DNA from: Azolla caroliniana
Taxonomy: Eukaryota > Plantae > Polypodiophyta
Assembly (NCBI GenBank): GCA_043228905.1
Contig: JBHGNT010001230.1
Span: 1 to 10,772 of the forward strand
Direction of reading: 5' to 3'
DNA: 10,772 nt
The position numbers and the translations under genes were made by a program. The notes under the pieces were generated by a model. It was not told where the DNA came from. It worked only from the letters and a program-made list of their open reading frames with translations, and did no database searches. Within the stretch, counting starts at the first letter, position 1. Every line of letters begins with the position of its first letter. Shown in pieces: positions 7,200-10,772 of the stretch.

Positions 7200-8109
7200 T
7201 TATGGTCTGTAGCTTTAGCTTTGATGTCGTGCTCTTTCCGTTGGAGCTTTCGACATTGCCCTTTTGTATGACCCTTCTTTTTGCAGAATACGCAAAAAGG
7301 ATGTTGTTGCTTACAATCACGATCCCTGAATTCGTTGGGTGTCTTGCATTTCCCAACGAATTGCGATTGCTTAGTCCTGAGTGCTTCGTTGGGTTTGTTG
7401 TGGTCCTTCTTCGAAGTGTGTTGATAGTGAAGAACTATTCAACAGCCTCTTCGAAGGATTTTGGATCCTTATCGTGCACTATCTAGTGATAGTCTGAATT
7501 GGAGATGCCATTGACAAAACAAGCTATTAACCAATTGTCCCCTTCTAGACTCGATTTTTGGATTTGGGTTCTAGCATGGTGGACATAGTCTTCTAGCGAA
7601 GAAAATTTCTTGCTAGAGAGGTTCATTAAAGCTTGAGCTGCCTCGGTTCGAGAGGGAGGTTGCAAAAATTAACCCTTAAAAACTGTGACAAAATCTGTCT
7701 AGGTATCAGGCAATTTCCCCAAATTTCGGAGCCCACACCACCAAGTGGCGGCCTTACCCCCTAGTTCTCGGTTGACATATGCAATCTTCATACTATTTGG
7801 CGTGGGATAGAGCTCAAAATGAGACTCCCATCAGCCCAACCACGTGTAGATTACTTCTTCGGTTCTTTCCTTTTTTTCTTCCATAAATCGCTTAACGACA
7901 AATGATGGTTCACCCTGTCGCTCATCAGGTCTATTAGTCTCACATTGTAAACTAATGACACATGCCTCGAGAGCACTTTGAGATTGCGGAAGTTCGATCA
8001 TCTATTGAGCGGTGAAACTAAGGTATTGGGTTTTTTGTGAAAAATACATCTCAATGGACATTTGTCCATGAGGATTTCCTGGAGTTCCTTCCGCTTGAGT
8101 GGATGACAT
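7200..8109 (-). pseudogene. gag: gag of element D
   Basis: The frame from ATG 8109 (MSSTQAEGTP...) runs through LGGKAATWW, FVNGI and DPKSFEEAV with several stops. Zinc knuckle CVFCKKKGHTKGQC is at 7294-7253 after a frameshift. The 3' boundary is approximate. Confidence 0.8.
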
Positions 8110-9324
8110 TGGGTCGTTTTTTGAGCCATTGAATGATTATTTCTGGCAATGAAATAGGATAAGGTCAGACAAATAGTCATAACATCATGTCGTGATGTAA
8201 ACATATCATGGGCAAACATTAATCGATATCATGATCTCACGTCAATACCCCTCTAGACGTATGAGATGAGGTTGAAGATTAGGTTACTATGGTAACACAA
8301 AGGTGGTTTAAAAACCATGGGGGTGACAAATTAATGTCTTTCCCTGTTCTCTATATCGATTTTTTCATGGCGGCTCCCCGAGGCTCAACCATGTATGTTC
8401 GCGTCATGAATAGTTTATACATGAAAAAAATGTTAACAATAAACTATGTTTTGGTGCCCACATATGTGGTTTCGGCTCTTTAAGTCCTATTACGAGGACC
8501 CCGAAGTGTAGTTAGACCTCAAGTCTAAACATATGTTATAGTCATATGTATCAACGATGTTGTATGCTCTTGGTCATATTTGAACTCGAGACCTCAAGAA
8601 CAAATGCATTAAACACTTGAGCCAACCAAGTAGGTTGCTCTTCTTGAATGTTTAATATTTAATGCGTATAAGAGATATGCGAGGCATTTGCCCATATATG
8701 TTTTTTTAAAAGAAACATATATGTCAAGAGTCCTTATTTCCCCCTCGTTTACCACAAACTTTGTTGGTACGTTACCTAACCTCAAGTCTTGTAATTACGA
8801 TGGCAAACGCCAAAGTGCAACCTAATGGTTAAGCCAAATGAGCCCGCTTTTCGTAGTAGGCCCACGTGGCCCATCACATGGTTACGTCATTACGAATGCC
8901 TTCCGTAAGAATGATCTCATGGTGGCATCGTATCCATGTAATGAGGGAGGGATGTTGGATATGTGTGTCATAAGAGCGATCTCACATCAAGTGGGTCAAG
9001 CCCTACGTTCTCAACACCATTGTGGCTAATATTATTTCATTACGTAACAAAATCGAAGTCACCAATAGGGATGTCAACAATAAAAATTTGTTGAAAAAAG
9101 GGATGGTGACAACGCCATTCTCACAAAAATGTGAGGACGGCCACCAAGATCCTTTCCCCGAAAAGGAAAACATTCGATATTGAAATCATGTAATAACTTA
9201 TATACACATATGAATATTATCATATATATATATGATCAAATACGTATACTTGTGACCACATATGCATATATAAACGAAATCATAATATAAAATAGCCAAA
9301 AATGATGTAATCGAGATACATAAT

Positions 9325-9580
9325 CGAGGCATATACCCTCTACGCACATGAAACATCTAAAAATAAGGGTTAATCGTAATACGCAATTGAGGTATTGACC
9401 TCATATGCATACGACACCAAACACATATCATTTACATACAAATCAAGGAAATGACCTCATACACAAACGTAACATATGTTTGTGAACGTAATACGTAATT
9501 GAGGTATTAACCTCATACGCATACGACACTAATCACATATTAAATATATGTCAAATGAGGTATTGACCTCATGCACATAT
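9325..9580. repeat. ~56-bp-period tandem array with palindromic core TGAGGT-ATTR-ACCTCA in the leader of D
   Basis: Cores at 9388, 9444 (degenerate), 9500 and 9556, with a weaker one at 9325. 9375-9417 is nearly identical to 9487-9529. Confidence 0.85.
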
Positions 9581-9814
9581 GTACATGTTTTATATAACCA
9601 ATTAATTACCACTACAACATCATTGAATTAATGGAAAAAAAATTACATATGACCATATACATGATTAGAAGGGAGAAGAAAAAATAGAAAAAAAAACAAG
9701 AAAGATTACCGAAGTTCCTTTGTTGATTGTTGTCTGGATCAAGGCCGATCGCACATCAATCAATCACCATCAATCAAGAAGACAAAAGACAACAAAAGAA
9801 ACATTAGAACATGA

Positions 9815-9826
9815 GCTATGATACCA
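9815..9826 (-). other. PBS of element D, complementary to initiator tRNA-Met
   Basis: TGGTATCATAGC vs canonical TGGTATCAGAGC, 2 nt after the LTR end. Confidence 0.85.
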
Positions 9827-9828
9827 AC

Positions 9829-10281
9829 TATTAGAGATATGCCCTAATGTAAGCATATGATAAGGATAAAAGAATGATAGATAGAAAGGAGAGAGAGAAA
9901 GAAGGGTGCCAATCCACCTGACCACCCCCAAGCAAAGGGATCGAGACGGACTCTAGTGTCGATTGGCGTCCCATACCACCGCCATGACGTCGAGCCGTAC
10001 TTGGTGCTAGCGCACTCGCTACAAGAATTGACCCACCACAAGAACAGAGTCTCGACGTAGTCAAAAGATCATGAAATGAGGGTAGCCAGGCCTCTTATTT
10101 ATAGCGATACCCAAGGCCCCCAGGCAAGTTCACACTTGGCCTAATGGGTTGTCTCAATCCTGAGGATTAAAAGTAATCCTCCCCTTCTTTACACTCTCGT
10201 TTAACCCTCACACTTATCCACATGTATAGAATACTACAGTAAATTCTCACCATGGGATATTATATGGTCATGCCCGTAACA
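9829..10281 (-). repeat. 5' LTR of element D (453 bp)
   Basis: TGTTA (10281) ... TAATA (9829, TAACA with C>T), TATAAATA at 10103-10096, and an adjacent PBS. Confidence 0.75.
9902..10022 (-). repeat. 121-bp structured CpG-rich module, copy 2 (inside LTR of D)
   Basis: Ungapped match to 4954-5074. Confidence 0.95.
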
Positions 10282-10529
10282 TGTACATTAGATTAATTTG
10301 ACATTATCCTCCCAAGCATTGCAAGGTCAAACAAAATTCATTGTTTTTTATCAAATATATAAATGAGATGTTAGGAATGATAGTTGGCATGGGCCCTTCA
10401 CATTTAACCAATATGCAATTATTTAAATTTTGTATACATGTCATTAACATGACTAGTTATATGAGCACACATCATCATATTAAGCCAATAACATGTTGAA
10501 ACAACAATGCAAGACACACATGCTTCAAA

Positions 10530-10690
10530 CTTGCCACCAAATCCTAGAAGATTTACTTCAATCATATTGTTCCAAGGAACCAAGAAAATGGATAGAGTAT
10601 TTGCCTTTAGAAGGGTTTGAATATACTAGAAGTCATCATAATACCATTAACACGATTCCATTTCAAGCTCTATATGGGCAAGAATATCAC
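10530..10690 (+). pseudogene. Element E: degenerate Ty3/gypsy integrase core C-terminal fragment
   Basis: HQILEDLLQSYC..EPRKWIEYLPL..FEY...H.TI...PFQALYG matches the gypsy IN consensus NQILEDMLR.Y...W..YLPL.EFAYN...PF.ALYG. Boundaries are approximate. Confidence 0.8.
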
Positions 10691-10772
10691 TATATCGATA
10701 TGGTTCTCTTCATTCACCTCCGTTTTTACTTCAAGACATGAAATGGTCCCAGGGCTAGAGAGGAAAAACTTT

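Larger units (their letters stand above)
5706..10281 (-). mobile_element. Element D: older, decayed tRNA-Met-primed Ty3/gypsy LTR retrotransposon, 5' part
   Basis: LTR, PBS, long leader, gag with CCHC, PR and RT in order, with many stops and frameshifts. Confidence 0.88.

Noticed and set aside
9375-9580. CRISPR-like array (palindromic repeats with ~40-nt spacers)
   Set aside because: The spacers are homologous to each other, the context is a eukaryotic retrotransposon leader, and there are no cas genes.
9902-10022. Shared module as an HDV-like or hammerhead ribozyme
   Set aside because: There is no CUGANGA/GAAA core, and the HDV double pseudoknot (P3/L3, P1.1 GG) cannot be built on either strand.
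9831-10064. 77-aa ORF in LTR D as a gene
   Set aside because: Its similarity to B gag is just the shared DNA module, and the rest is CT-rich LTR sequence with no coding evidence.

Overview
The window is eukaryotic heterochromatin-like DNA with no host gene. It is a nest of Ty3/gypsy LTR retrotransposons, probably from a non-seed plant such as a moss (inferred from a self-primed Tcn1/Tf1-like element co-occurring with a tRNA-Met-primed plant-type element). From inferred youngest to oldest: element A (+ strand, <1-2235) has an uninterrupted gag-like low-complexity ORF running straight to the PPT and a 728-bp 3' LTR. A sits in the RNase H domain of element B (- strand, 2236-5630), which has a 408-bp 5' LTR, a self-priming PBS, gag, a -1 frameshift pseudoknot and PR-RT-RH. 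B sits in a 75-bp LTR stub C (5631-5705). C sits in pol of element D (- strand, 5706-10281), which has a 453-bp 5' LTR, a Met PBS, a 1.7-kb leader and a decayed gag-pol. An old integrase fragment E flanks D. Four observations stand out. First, a 121-bp CpG-rich structured module is shared ungapped (101/121) between the gag coding region of B and the LTR of the unrelated element D, with a compensated 7-bp stem. Second, tRNA-derived A-box/B-box (Pol III) modules point outward in two different LTRs (A and C). Third, a long heat-shock element array abuts the TATA box of B. Fourth, B has a tRNA-independent PBS paired with a palindrome at its U3/R border.
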